Part shown: piece after piece, positions 20,001-27,909 of the stretch
How the letters are laid out: each line of letters opens with the position of its first letter
Numbering within the stretch: the stretch's first letter is position 1
Assembly: GCA_035644135.1 (NCBI GenBank)
Contig: DASQPD010000188.1
Location: 142,079 to 206,078 of the forward strand
Direction: 5' to 3'
DNA length: 64,000 nt
Source: Pyrinomonadaceae bacterium
Lineage (GTDB): Bacteria > Acidobacteriota > Blastocatellia > Pyrinomonadales > Pyrinomonadaceae
Made by a program: the position numbers and the translations under genes
The notes under the pieces: model-generated
Told to the model about the DNA's origin: nothing
The model's database searches: none
Seen by the model: the letters and a program-made list of their open reading frames with translations, nothing else

Positions 20001-20200
20001 TCAGCAAGCTACAAGCCGCCCTGGATGCCGTTAACCAAGGCAAGACCAATGTTGCCTGCAACAAGCTGAACGATTTCACTAGCCAGGTGCAGAGCTTCAT
20101 TAACAATGGCACACTCACCCCGGCGCAGGGCCAACCGCTGATCAATTCCGCCGCACATGTACGGAATACGCTCGGCTGTACTGCTCTTGGCTGTAGCTAA
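17093..20200 (+). CDS. Large secreted or membrane-anchored HYR-repeat protein (Ig-like and DUF11/CARDB-like domains, 7 HYR modules, C-terminal helical module)
   Basis: N-terminal hydrophobic anchor LTFGLLCLILVAAAFY. A DUF11-like segment is ADLVVYDSS...WISNTGPDVAQNVHV. Seven ~75-89-aa modules each carry C..D..C, a FP.GTT.VTY.ATD..GN core and an ending TVTV. An alternative start is the ATG at 17138. Confidence 0.8.
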   Translation: MKICSTSKILRLAGKMKSLPTFTVPALATKQRKLKLTFGLLCLILVAAAFYTASSASSVARLSDGSSRGSQIKEKRRLSTLREPARFPGAKGLFSLPLPALPQAPADESIETFASDCVTPQNVFNLGDTVCARISNAPLRDPALRQFSWSGTKGFVRQTQDVTLDPDTNLFTLPGSNTSTIDDEIVDNRGTWNVSSNSSGDNTTRAVAYFNVSDPANAAADLVVYDSSPEEAPITPGVNTAFFLWISNTGPDVAQNVHVTQASPPGLTFVSATQDTGPTFNCTNNMGMGITDCSIASLASGATATITLNYAVSGSASNGVVSSVADISSDTNDPRPDNNSSSARVEIRAAGGSPATCALGCPADIIATANTTQGTQSGAFVNFTGSVEVSGDCGAVTFNPASGSFFPVGTNSVGVTSGTGGGSCSFTVTVLSSAAPTIDCPLADVTAQASAGELELSVSLTPPSATGTGVTVSGIRSDNRDVTDPYPVGTTTVTWRATDSNGRLASCPQRVIVTNTDAPTISCPTNRTFTAAPGTCEKTVLIEDLGTPSTTPFGLPLTAERSDSLSLGAPYPVGQTVITWTATDSFGRSVSCDQTITVTGTGDTSPPVLSVPPDVLAFTSSCSALLDDELGVATATDDCSSSVNITRTGVPAGFVFPTGTTNVTYKATDGSGNMTTGIQHVTVKESPAIPPTVTAPANVLADTGPGATICGTVVSDATLGVATANDNCPGVTIARTGVPAGNVFPVGTTTVIYTATDASGNTASANQTVTVTDTTPPVVTAPAAVTLFTGPGATLCGVTVSNLDATLGTGSATDNCAGVGAVTRSGLPAGNVFPEGTTTVTYSATDAHGNTSSANQVVTVVDNTAPLITCPANITLEPTCPSGAVGTYTAPVGTDNCPGATTSRTAGLASGSVFPIGTNSVTYTVNDAHGNSTSCSFTVTVLTPAAVIQNMINEVNALPGLSGTQRQGLLSKLQAALDAVNQGKTNVACNKLNDFTSQVQSFINNGTLTPAQGQPLINSAAHVRNTLGCTALGCS
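18161..19918 (+). repeat. In-frame tandem array of 7 HYR-module coding repeats (period ~225-267 bp)
   Basis: Module ends fall at protein residues 431, 514, 599, 684, 772, 861 and 942. The periodicity also shows as antisense ORFs starting MVVP.G(K/N)T at 19077, 19341 and 19608 (spacing 264 and 267 bp). Confidence 0.8.
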
Positions 20201-20209
20201 AACGAAGAT

Positions 20210-20236
20210 GAGGGAGAACCAAAACGGCTCTCCCTC
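20210..20236 (+). terminator. Hairpin downstream of the HYR gene
   Basis: The stem gagggaga (20210-20217) pairs with tctccctc (20229-20236) across an 11-nt loop. There is no clean T-tract afterwards. Confidence 0.35.
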
Positions 20237-20414
20237 ACGCTCTCTTAAAAACTCGATAAGACATTGAGGGGTAGATCAGCATTTCTACTCCTTTTTGTTT
20301 TGGACTAGGTTAAGTTAAACAGCAGGCGCTACTATTCTTTGCCCGAACCTAAGCTGATTGGTATCGGTTTCATCGTCCGAAACGTCTTCTAAACAAGATT
20401 CACAAGAGATATTT

Positions 20415-21440
20415 ATGGTCAACCTCTTCGTTACAGGTGGCGCAGGCTTTATCGGGTCCGCGTTTGTGCGGTTGGTTCTTGCGGAAGTTCCAGACTGCAA
20501 AGTCCTAAACTTCGACGCGCTGACGTATGCCGGCAATCTGGATAATCTCGATGGCATAGACTCAGAACGACATTCCTTTGTCCGCGGTAACATTCTCGAT
20601 TACCAGGCCGTGCTTGCTGCTTTGGAAAAGGATACTGACGCCGTAGTCAATTTCGCAGCCGAATCGCATGTTGACCGCAGCATCGCTTCCGCCGATGAAT
20701 TCCTCCGCACAAATATCCTTGGGACGCAGGTACTGCTTGACGCAGCGCGGGAACGAAATGTGCGACGTTTTGTCCAAGTCTCGACGGATGAGGTGATGGG
20801 GAGCTTGACTGAAAATACGGATTCATACTTTACAGAACAATCGGCGTTTGCGCCGAACAGTCCTTACGCGGCCTCTAAAGCTGCGGCCGAGCACCTCGTC
20901 CGCGCGGCTCACAAAACCTTTGGACTTGACATGGTAATCACTCGCTGCGGAAATAACTATGGTCCGAGACAATTTCCAGAAAAGTTTCTCCCGCTTGCTC
21001 TCTCTAATGCTCTGAGCGATGAGTCGATCCCTCTCTATGGGGACGGCAGAAATGTGCGCGACTGGATTTATGTTGAGGACCACTGCAGGGCCATTCGTCT
21101 GGCGTGGGAGAAAGGGAGATCCGGAGCAGTTTATAATATTGGCGCCAGAAACGAACGCACAAACATCGAGCTGCTGGAATCTTTGCTCGCAACCCTCGGT
21201 AAACCTCGATCGCTGATACGCTTTGTCCAGGATCGTCCAGGCCACGATCGACGTTACGCTATTGACCCGACACTTGCTGAAACCGAACTCGGCTGGCAAC
21301 CGCTCGAAACCTGGGAGAGTGGCTTGAAAAAAACGGTTGACTGGTACTCTCAGAATACTGAGTGGGTTGCTCGCGCACGCAGCGGCGCATATCGTGATTA
21401 CTACAAGGGACAGTATGGTACGGAGGTCGGGACCCTTTGA
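20415..21440 (+). CDS. rmlB: dTDP-glucose 4,6-dehydratase
   Basis: The start MVNLFVTGGAGFIGSAF is at the ATG at 20415. Motifs are catalytic YAASKAAAEHL, NFAAESHVDRS, VSTDEV, and NNYGPRQFPEK. Confidence 0.92.
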   Translation: MVNLFVTGGAGFIGSAFVRLVLAEVPDCKVLNFDALTYAGNLDNLDGIDSERHSFVRGNILDYQAVLAALEKDTDAVVNFAAESHVDRSIASADEFLRTNILGTQVLLDAARERNVRRFVQVSTDEVMGSLTENTDSYFTEQSAFAPNSPYAASKAAAEHLVRAAHKTFGLDMVITRCGNNYGPRQFPEKFLPLALSNALSDESIPLYGDGRNVRDWIYVEDHCRAIRLAWEKGRSGAVYNIGARNERTNIELLESLLATLGKPRSLIRFVQDRPGHDRRYAIDPTLAETELGWQPLETWESGLKKTVDWYSQNTEWVARARSGAYRDYYKGQYGTEVGTL

Positions 21441-22279
21441 GAGTGATGGTTACTGGAGCGGGAGGGTTGGTAGGTAACGCGACAGTGCGTCACTGCAAAG
21501 CTCTCGGCGATCAGGTATTTGCATACACGCATGACGCTCTGGATATCAGTAATCTTAAAGGGGTGGAAGAAATAATTCAGCAATGCCGACCCGACGCGGT
21601 CATCAATTGCGCCGCCTGGACCGATGTCGACGGCTGCGAAGCACATCCTGAAAGGGCCACGCTGGCCAACTCAGTGGGACCTGAAAACCTGGCACGAGCG
21701 AGCCGTAAATTCGGCGCGCAGTTGATCACCATATCGACTGATTATGTTTTTGACGGGACGAAGGAGGGGTTTTATACGCAGCGCGACGATCCGAACCCGG
21801 AAAGTGTTTATGGAGCTTCAAAACTCGAAGGTGAACGCCGGGCGCAGTCAGCCTGTGCGCGCACCATCGTTGTGCGGACCGGCTTTGTTTTTGGGATTGG
21901 CGGCACGAATTTTCTGAGCACCCTTATCGATCGGGCTCGTCGAGGGGAACATCTTAAAGTGATTAGCGATGCCCGGGGCACTCCAACGTATGCGCCCCAT
22001 CTTGCCGCTCGGCTGCGTTTGCTGGCCCAGGTTGATCTACCCGGGATTCTCCATGTAGTGAATTCCGGACCGGGCGCCAGTTTTGAAGAGTTTACGCGCG
22101 AGGCGCTGAGGGTGGCGCATCTCAAAACTCAGATTGAACCAATTACGATGCAGTCTTTACCCAGGCCGGCTCGGCGACCGTCAAATTCTCGCCTGAAATG
22201 CCTGCTTTCGGAAGCAATTGGGTTGGCTGAGATGCCGTCGTTGGCGGATGCCCTAAAGGAATTTATCGCCGCTTCATAG
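21437..22279 (+). CDS. rmlD: dTDP-4-dehydrorhamnose reductase
   Basis: Overlaps the rmlB stop. Motifs are VTGAGGLVGNA, INCAAWTDVDGCE, STDYVFDG and YGASKLEGE. The start could be TTG 21437, GTG 21443 or ATG 21446. Confidence 0.9.
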   Translation: MRVMVTGAGGLVGNATVRHCKALGDQVFAYTHDALDISNLKGVEEIIQQCRPDAVINCAAWTDVDGCEAHPERATLANSVGPENLARASRKFGAQLITISTDYVFDGTKEGFYTQRDDPNPESVYGASKLEGERRAQSACARTIVVRTGFVFGIGGTNFLSTLIDRARRGEHLKVISDARGTPTYAPHLAARLRLLAQVDLPGILHVVNSGPGASFEEFTREALRVAHLKTQIEPITMQSLPRPARRPSNSRLKCLLSEAIGLAEMPSLADALKEFIAAS

Positions 22280-22404
22280 GCTCGCGACGAGGGCGCTTTG
22301 AGCTGATTTTCAACACGGGTAACTTGCGAGAAAATGCTGGTCTGTTATTATTCTAACCCCTGGTTTTTGCTTCTCTGATGATCCGGAACTGAAGGTCAGA
22401 AGAT

Positions 22405-24780
22405 ATGGTTTCACAAGATAATCGTCTCATACCGGTGAGCCCCGTTGAACGCGGCCTCGATCGTCCGCTGGCGGACATCGCGCAGTCTAAACCTTATGGG
22501 GTTTCGGGCTCAGAACCAACCACCATGCGGGACTACCTTTTCGTAGTGCTGAAGCGGAAGTGGCTGGTCCTCAGCCTGGTTCTGGTAATTACCTCGCTGG
22601 TGGCAATTCAAATGTTCCGCCTGCCTTCCACTTATGAAGGCGAGACGACAGTTCGGATTGAACCCAAGCCTCGCAGCGTGCTGCAAACCAAGGACATCGT
22701 TATCAATGCGCAAAGCGATCCCAACTTTTGGGGAACTCAACTCAAGCTTTTAGAGAATCCGGCTCTCGCGCGCCAAGTCGTCCTGACGCTTGATTTGCAG
22801 AACAATCCCTCGTTCTTTGGAGGGCAGATGCAAGGTGGCATCTTTGCTTCGTTGCGTCGAATTTTTTCCAGTCCGCAAAAGAACGCCAGTTCGAACGCAA
22901 ACACTTCGGGGCTTTCCGTGGTCGGCGAAAGTGAAGTGACCCTCGGCTCGCTGACTCCGGAACAACTTGCCAAGCTCGAGCCCTATGAAGATGCCATTAT
23001 TGCCGGCGAGACCATCGAGCCCGTGCAGGGAACAAGTCTGGTCAAGATAAAGTTCGTTCATTCGGATCCTGAGTTGGCGCAAAAGATTGCCAATACACTC
23101 GCCGAGGTTTTTGTAAACAACAACCTGGAACGCGCGATTGCAGGCTCGACAAAAGCTGAGGACCTGCTGGCCAAAGAAATTGCCAACCTGCAAATCAAAA
23201 TCAAGCAACAGCAGGAAATGCAATTCAACTATGCGAAAAGCCACAATCTGCCACTGACCACAGATCCGAACAGCAACCTCGAAGCTAAGCGCCTGGCGAC
23301 TTTAAGCAACCAATTGCTCGAGGCGGAAAATGAGAGAAAGAATTTGCAGGCGCAGTACGAGGCCGCGGTCAAGGAGAACGATCCATTTTCAATTCCCGAT
23401 GTCCAGTCATCGGCCCGGGTTGATAAACTGCGAGAACGCATCTCAGGGTTGAAAGAAAAAAGGGACGCACTGCTGGTAATTTATACCCCCGAGTGGCCCG
23501 AGGTTAAGAAGCTCGACGCGCAAATCAAACCGCTCGAGGCAGAGCTGGCAAAGGCGCCCGCCGAAATCGTTGCTTCCATAAAGCGGAAGTATCAGGCAGC
23601 AGTCGCCAGAGAAGATAGCCTCAGGAGATCCTACGAACAGCAGAAGGGTACGACCACTCAACAAACTCGCGATGAAATCGACCTGTTAGCTATTAGCCAG
23701 CAACTCGAAACAGATAAGCAGTCTTTGAATACGCTGCTTCAACGGCAACGTGAATTGCAAGTAACGTCGAATGATCGGCCCAACGAAGTGGTCATTGAAA
23801 CGTATAGCCGCTTGCCGAAAACACCGATTGGCCCACCGCGCCTCCGCAATATCCTGATAGCTTTTCTTTTATCTCTAATGGCCGGTATCGGTTTGGCCTT
23901 CCTGCTTGATTTCCTCGATGACACAGTCAAATCGATCGAGGATGTCGATCGTTACCTGCATCTGCCGGCGCTCGCACTGATTCCTGCAAGCCGCGGCGAG
24001 AGGGGCAGGCTGATGGGTCTGGGGTCCGCCGCCTCGGGTGCAGTGTCAGAAACAACCGCCCTGGCGATGGTGGATGATGCCCGCTCACCGATAGCCGAAT
24101 CATATCGTCACCTGCGAACGTCTTTGTTGTTGTCGTCTGCCGGCCAGCCACCCAAGACTATTCTCGTGACGTCCAGTCAACCGTCGGAGGGTAAAACGAC
24201 CACCGCGATCAATACCGCATTCATGCTGGCCCAAACAGGAGCGGAAGTGCTGATCGTGGATTGCGATCTTCGCCGACCACGATTACACGCTCACTTTGGC
24301 ATTCCGAATGCTCGCGGATTGACTAACTGGCTTTCAGGAGAAACCGATCTCGACGCGCTGATTCACAATTACGACAAGAACCCCAATCTCAAAATACTGA
24401 CCTCCGGCGCGGTTCCGCCAAATCCTGCTGAGCTGTTGGGCTCAGATGAGATGCGCCGGCTGTTGCACTTGCTGGGCGAGCGTTTCACTCACATCATTGT
24501 CGACTCGCCGCCGGCAATCTCGTTTACCGATGCCTCGATTCTCTCGACGATGGTGGATGGAGTGGTGCTGGTGGTCCATGGCGGCAGGAGTTCGCGGGCA
24601 GTCGTGCGCCGGGCCAAGCAACAGTTGCTTGATGTCGGGGCCCACATCTTCGGCATAGTGCTGAACAATGTGAAGCTGGAAACTCAGGACTACTACTACG
24701 CCGGCTATTACTCGAGCTACTACTCAGACGCGGATGCTAATGAAGCGCCTGAGGATGCCGATACAGCGGATGCTCGCTAA
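22405..24780 (+). CDS. Polysaccharide co-polymerase / BY-type tyrosine autokinase (Wzc/EpsG/GumC-like, PCP-2a)
   Basis: Wzz-type TM1 (WLVLSLVLVITSLVAI), a long coiled-coil periplasmic region, then TM2 (ILIAFLLSLMAGIGLAFLL). Walker A SSQPSEGKTTTAIN, Walker A' VLIVDCDLRRP and Walker B IIVDSPP. C-terminal tyrosine cluster YYYAGYYSSYYS. Confidence 0.9.
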   Translation: MVSQDNRLIPVSPVERGLDRPLADIAQSKPYGVSGSEPTTMRDYLFVVLKRKWLVLSLVLVITSLVAIQMFRLPSTYEGETTVRIEPKPRSVLQTKDIVINAQSDPNFWGTQLKLLENPALARQVVLTLDLQNNPSFFGGQMQGGIFASLRRIFSSPQKNASSNANTSGLSVVGESEVTLGSLTPEQLAKLEPYEDAIIAGETIEPVQGTSLVKIKFVHSDPELAQKIANTLAEVFVNNNLERAIAGSTKAEDLLAKEIANLQIKIKQQQEMQFNYAKSHNLPLTTDPNSNLEAKRLATLSNQLLEAENERKNLQAQYEAAVKENDPFSIPDVQSSARVDKLRERISGLKEKRDALLVIYTPEWPEVKKLDAQIKPLEAELAKAPAEIVASIKRKYQAAVAREDSLRRSYEQQKGTTTQQTRDEIDLLAISQQLETDKQSLNTLLQRQRELQVTSNDRPNEVVIETYSRLPKTPIGPPRLRNILIAFLLSLMAGIGLAFLLDFLDDTVKSIEDVDRYLHLPALALIPASRGERGRLMGLGSAASGAVSETTALAMVDDARSPIAESYRHLRTSLLLSSAGQPPKTILVTSSQPSEGKTTTAINTAFMLAQTGAEVLIVDCDLRRPRLHAHFGIPNARGLTNWLSGETDLDALIHNYDKNPNLKILTSGAVPPNPAELLGSDEMRRLLHLLGERFTHIIVDSPPAISFTDASILSTMVDGVVLVVHGGRSSRAVVRRAKQQLLDVGAHIFGIVLNNVKLETQDYYYAGYYSSYYSDADANEAPEDADTADAR

Positions 24781-24959
24781 CCCCATGATTGTTTTGCGGC
24801 GAGCTTCCAACCCGCATCGTTGCTTCCTACATCTGGCTGGTGGCCTCGTGATTCTCGAGCTGCTTGGCACTCCTCACGGGCAAAACGCGCGAGTGGCGGC
24901 AGTCTGTTTTTGACCCTGCGCCAGATATGTCTTTGAGATCCGCCGAAACACAAACTGAA

Positions 24960-26072
24960 ATGAGAGTGCCATTGATTGATCTGAGCGCTCAGCACCGGTC
25001 GCTTCGTGAGCAGCTACTGGTGGCCATCGAGCGCGTTGTGGACTCGCAACAGTTTGTTCTTGGCCCGGAGGTGCAGGCGCTCGAAGAGGGCATTGCCCGC
25101 TACTGTCATACCCGGCACGCTATCGGCTGTGCATCAGGTTCAGATGCCCTGCTTCTGGCATTGATGGCGCTGGATCTCAAAGCTGGCGACGAAGTAATCA
25201 CCAGCCCTTTCACATTTTTCGCTACCGCGGCGGCGATCGCACGGCTCGGCGCCAGGGTGATCTTCGTGGACATCGATCCGCGCACTTACAATCTGGATGT
25301 AAAGCGCGTTGAATCAGCGATCACCCCGCGAACGCGCGCGATTTTACCCGTCCATATGTACGGGCAGTGCGCTGAGATGAAACCTTTGCAGGAAATCAGC
25401 GAGCGGCGTGAGATTCCTATCGTCGAGGATGCCGCCCAGGCAATAGGTGCGGAACACGACGGGTGTCGGGCAGGCTCGATGGGCTTGCTGGGGTGTTTCA
25501 GTTTCTATCCGACAAAGAATCTCGGCGGCGCCGGGGACGGCGGCATCGTTACGACTGATGACGATAAGTTGGCGGACCGGTTGAGAACCCTTCGCGTGCA
25601 CGGAGGCAGAACTGAGTACGAGCACTCTGAGATCGGCATAAACAGTCGACTCGACTCGATTCAAGCGGCGGTCCTGGGCGTAAAACTCAAATATGTGGAT
25701 GAATGGTCGAAAGCACGCCGCGAGAGGGCCGAACAATACACTCAATTGTTGCATGAGGCTTCGTTAACTGAAAAAGTTGTACCTCCATTCGTAAACAGGG
25801 ATTCGCGACACATCTTTCATCAATACGTTGTTCGCGTGCCGCAACGGCGGGATGAACTGAGGGACCATTTGTCCGCCAGAGGAATCAGCACGAAGATCTA
25901 CTATCCTGTGCCCCTGCATCTGCAAAAGTGCTTTCAGTATCTCGGCTACCGGGAACGGGATTTTCCGGCAGCAGAGAGTGCGGCGCTCGAGACATTCGCG
26001 CTGCCGCTTTTTCCTGAGCTGAGCAAAGCTCAGCAGGTTTATGTTGTCCAAACGATTCAGAAATTCTTCTAG
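24960..26072 (+). CDS. DegT/DnrJ/EryC1/StrS-family sugar aminotransferase (third copy, PseC/PglE-like position)
   Basis: The start MRVPLIDLSAQHRS is at the ATG at 24960; the track start at 24864 is a TTG extension. PLP-lysine motif SFYPTKNLGGAGDGG. Confidence 0.9.
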   Translation: MRVPLIDLSAQHRSLREQLLVAIERVVDSQQFVLGPEVQALEEGIARYCHTRHAIGCASGSDALLLALMALDLKAGDEVITSPFTFFATAAAIARLGARVIFVDIDPRTYNLDVKRVESAITPRTRAILPVHMYGQCAEMKPLQEISERREIPIVEDAAQAIGAEHDGCRAGSMGLLGCFSFYPTKNLGGAGDGGIVTTDDDKLADRLRTLRVHGGRTEYEHSEIGINSRLDSIQAAVLGVKLKYVDEWSKARRERAEQYTQLLHEASLTEKVVPPFVNRDSRHIFHQYVVRVPQRRDELRDHLSARGISTKIYYPVPLHLQKCFQYLGYRERDFPAAESAALETFALPLFPELSKAQQVYVVQTIQKFF

Positions 26073-26181
26073 CCGGCGGCTAGTCGGCAGCAAGTCCGTG
26101 GCGTTTCCGCCTGGTTAGAATCGGACCAGTAGGCCCTTGCAGAGTTAAGTTACAACCTGAACAGGCATTCTCTTCCAAAAG

Positions 26182-27138
26182 ATGACTGAGACAATACTGA
26201 TAACCGGCGGCACGGGTTTCCTGGGAAAGCGTTTGGGCATGAGGCTATCCGCCGACAATAAAGTTGTCTTGAGCGGACGCAATAACAAGCACAACATGGA
26301 TGCTCAGCAGTTTACCGGCTGTCTGACTCTGCCGATGGACGTGACGAGCATCGAGTCAATCCGGGACATATTTACGGAGGTAAGACCAACCATCGTCATC
26401 CATGCCGCAGCCACCAAGTATGTCGATCTTTCCGAACAGCAACCCATGGAGTGTATTGACGTCAACGTGATCGGCTCGCAAAATCTGGCTCGCGTATGTG
26501 TTGAAAAAGGTGTGAGCACTGTAATCGGAATGTCGACGGACAAGTCGGCTCCTCCTGTGGGGAACACATATGGGTTGACAAAGGCATTGATGGAACGCGT
26601 CTTTTGCGCGATGAACAGCAAGACCCCGACCTCGAGATTTGCCTGCGTGCGGCACGGCAACATCGCCTGGTCCACCGGTTCGGTGTTTCCTCTTTGGAAA
26701 AAGATGCACGACAATACAGGAGTAATTGGCAGCACCGGACCGGATATGACCAGATACTTCTCAAAGGTTGACGATGCCGTGGAATTGGTAGTTACAGCCA
26801 TCCGGAACATCGATCGGCTTCAGGGGTCGGTGGTTTCGCGCGAGATGAAGTCCGCTTTGATTCGGGACATTCTCGATCTTTGGATCCGCGAAAGGGGTGG
26901 TCGCTGGGAAAAGATTGAAGGCCGGCCAGGCGAGCGGCCGCACGAATTCTTGATGGGCGAACCAGAGCTTGCCTATACATCGCAGGCGACGTTTGGAGGT
27001 GTCACGCATTACGTCACGAGGTTTAATCACCCGGTTCCCACGCCGCTGCCGGCGCCGCTTACTTCGGCAACGGCAGAACGATTATCCGAGCAGGAATTGC
27101 TCGAGATCATTAATCATCCACCCGCGGAAGAATTATAG
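26182..27138 (+). CDS. Short soluble Polysacc_synt_2-type nucleotide-sugar 4,6-dehydratase (PseB/FlaA1/CapD-like)
   Basis: Motifs are TGGTGFLGKRL, IHAAATKYVDLSEQQPMECIDVNV.GSQN, MSTDKSAPPVGNTYGLTKALME and VRHGN. Confidence 0.75.
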   Translation: MTETILITGGTGFLGKRLGMRLSADNKVVLSGRNNKHNMDAQQFTGCLTLPMDVTSIESIRDIFTEVRPTIVIHAAATKYVDLSEQQPMECIDVNVIGSQNLARVCVEKGVSTVIGMSTDKSAPPVGNTYGLTKALMERVFCAMNSKTPTSRFACVRHGNIAWSTGSVFPLWKKMHDNTGVIGSTGPDMTRYFSKVDDAVELVVTAIRNIDRLQGSVVSREMKSALIRDILDLWIRERGGRWEKIEGRPGERPHEFLMGEPELAYTSQATFGGVTHYVTRFNHPVPTPLPAPLTSATAERLSEQELLEIINHPPAEEL

Positions 27139-27141
27139 CTC

Positions 27142-27810
27142 ATGATTAGACATGCGATTATCATGGCTGCCGGACGCGGCATGCGGATGGCGCCGCTGAC
27201 GGACGCGATCCCAAAACCGATGGCGCCCTACAACGGAACGACTTTAATTGCCCGGGGGATTTCGCGCCTCGCGGAAAAGATTGAGCACATTCACGTTACG
27301 GTCGGTTACAAAAAGGCCATGCTGGCGCAGCATGTGATTGAGCATGGAGCCAGCACCGTTTTCAATACCGAGGGGAAGAGCAACTGCTGGTGGGTTTACA
27401 ACACACTGCTCAAGTCCATGGACGAACCGATGTTCGTGCTTACATGCGATAATGTGGTGGATCTTGATTTTGCCGTGCTCGAAGAGAATTATCTCTCGCT
27501 CAACTCCCCCCCGTGTATGTTAGTGCCGGTGCGGCCGGTACCTGGACTGGAAGGCGATTTTGTCTTTCATCGAGAACATCTGGTGACGGAAATCAGCCGC
27601 CAGAAACAAACCGACATCTATTGCTCTGGAATACAGGTGCTTAATCCGGCACGGTTGAATGAGGTAACAAACGAAGGCGAGAGTTTTTATGACGTCTGGC
27701 GACAGTTGATTGCCTCAGAGCAGCTCTTCGTTTCGTCGGTCTATCCCAAGAAATGGTTTGCCGTGGACACCATTGAGCAGTTGACGAACCTGAACAAGTC
27801 GCCTTTCTAA
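27142..27810 (+). CDS. Sugar-phosphate nucleotidyltransferase (NTP_transferase fold)
   Basis: The N-terminal signature AIIMAAGRGMRMAPLTDAIPKPM matches the G-x-G-x-R motif. It starts 3 nt after the upstream stop. Confidence 0.7.
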   Translation: MIRHAIIMAAGRGMRMAPLTDAIPKPMAPYNGTTLIARGISRLAEKIEHIHVTVGYKKAMLAQHVIEHGASTVFNTEGKSNCWWVYNTLLKSMDEPMFVLTCDNVVDLDFAVLEENYLSLNSPPCMLVPVRPVPGLEGDFVFHREHLVTEISRQKQTDIYCSGIQVLNPARLNEVTNEGESFYDVWRQLIASEQLFVSSVYPKKWFAVDTIEQLTNLNKSPF

Positions 27811-27909
27811 GATTATGTTTATCCCACGCGCGCTAATCTTCAAGTTGAGGCAGGGAAGCTGGAGGCTGATCATCGCCTTTGCCGGTGACGGCAAGTTGGC
27901 CCTGTCACG

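Noticed and set aside
15963-20200. PEP-CTERM/exosortase, LPXTG or T9SS sorting signals on the beta-helix and HYR proteins.
   Set aside because: The C-termini (…TVVNPK and …GCTALGCS) lack PEP-CTERM, LPXTG and T9SS-CTD-like features. No exosortase or sortase gene is present in the window.
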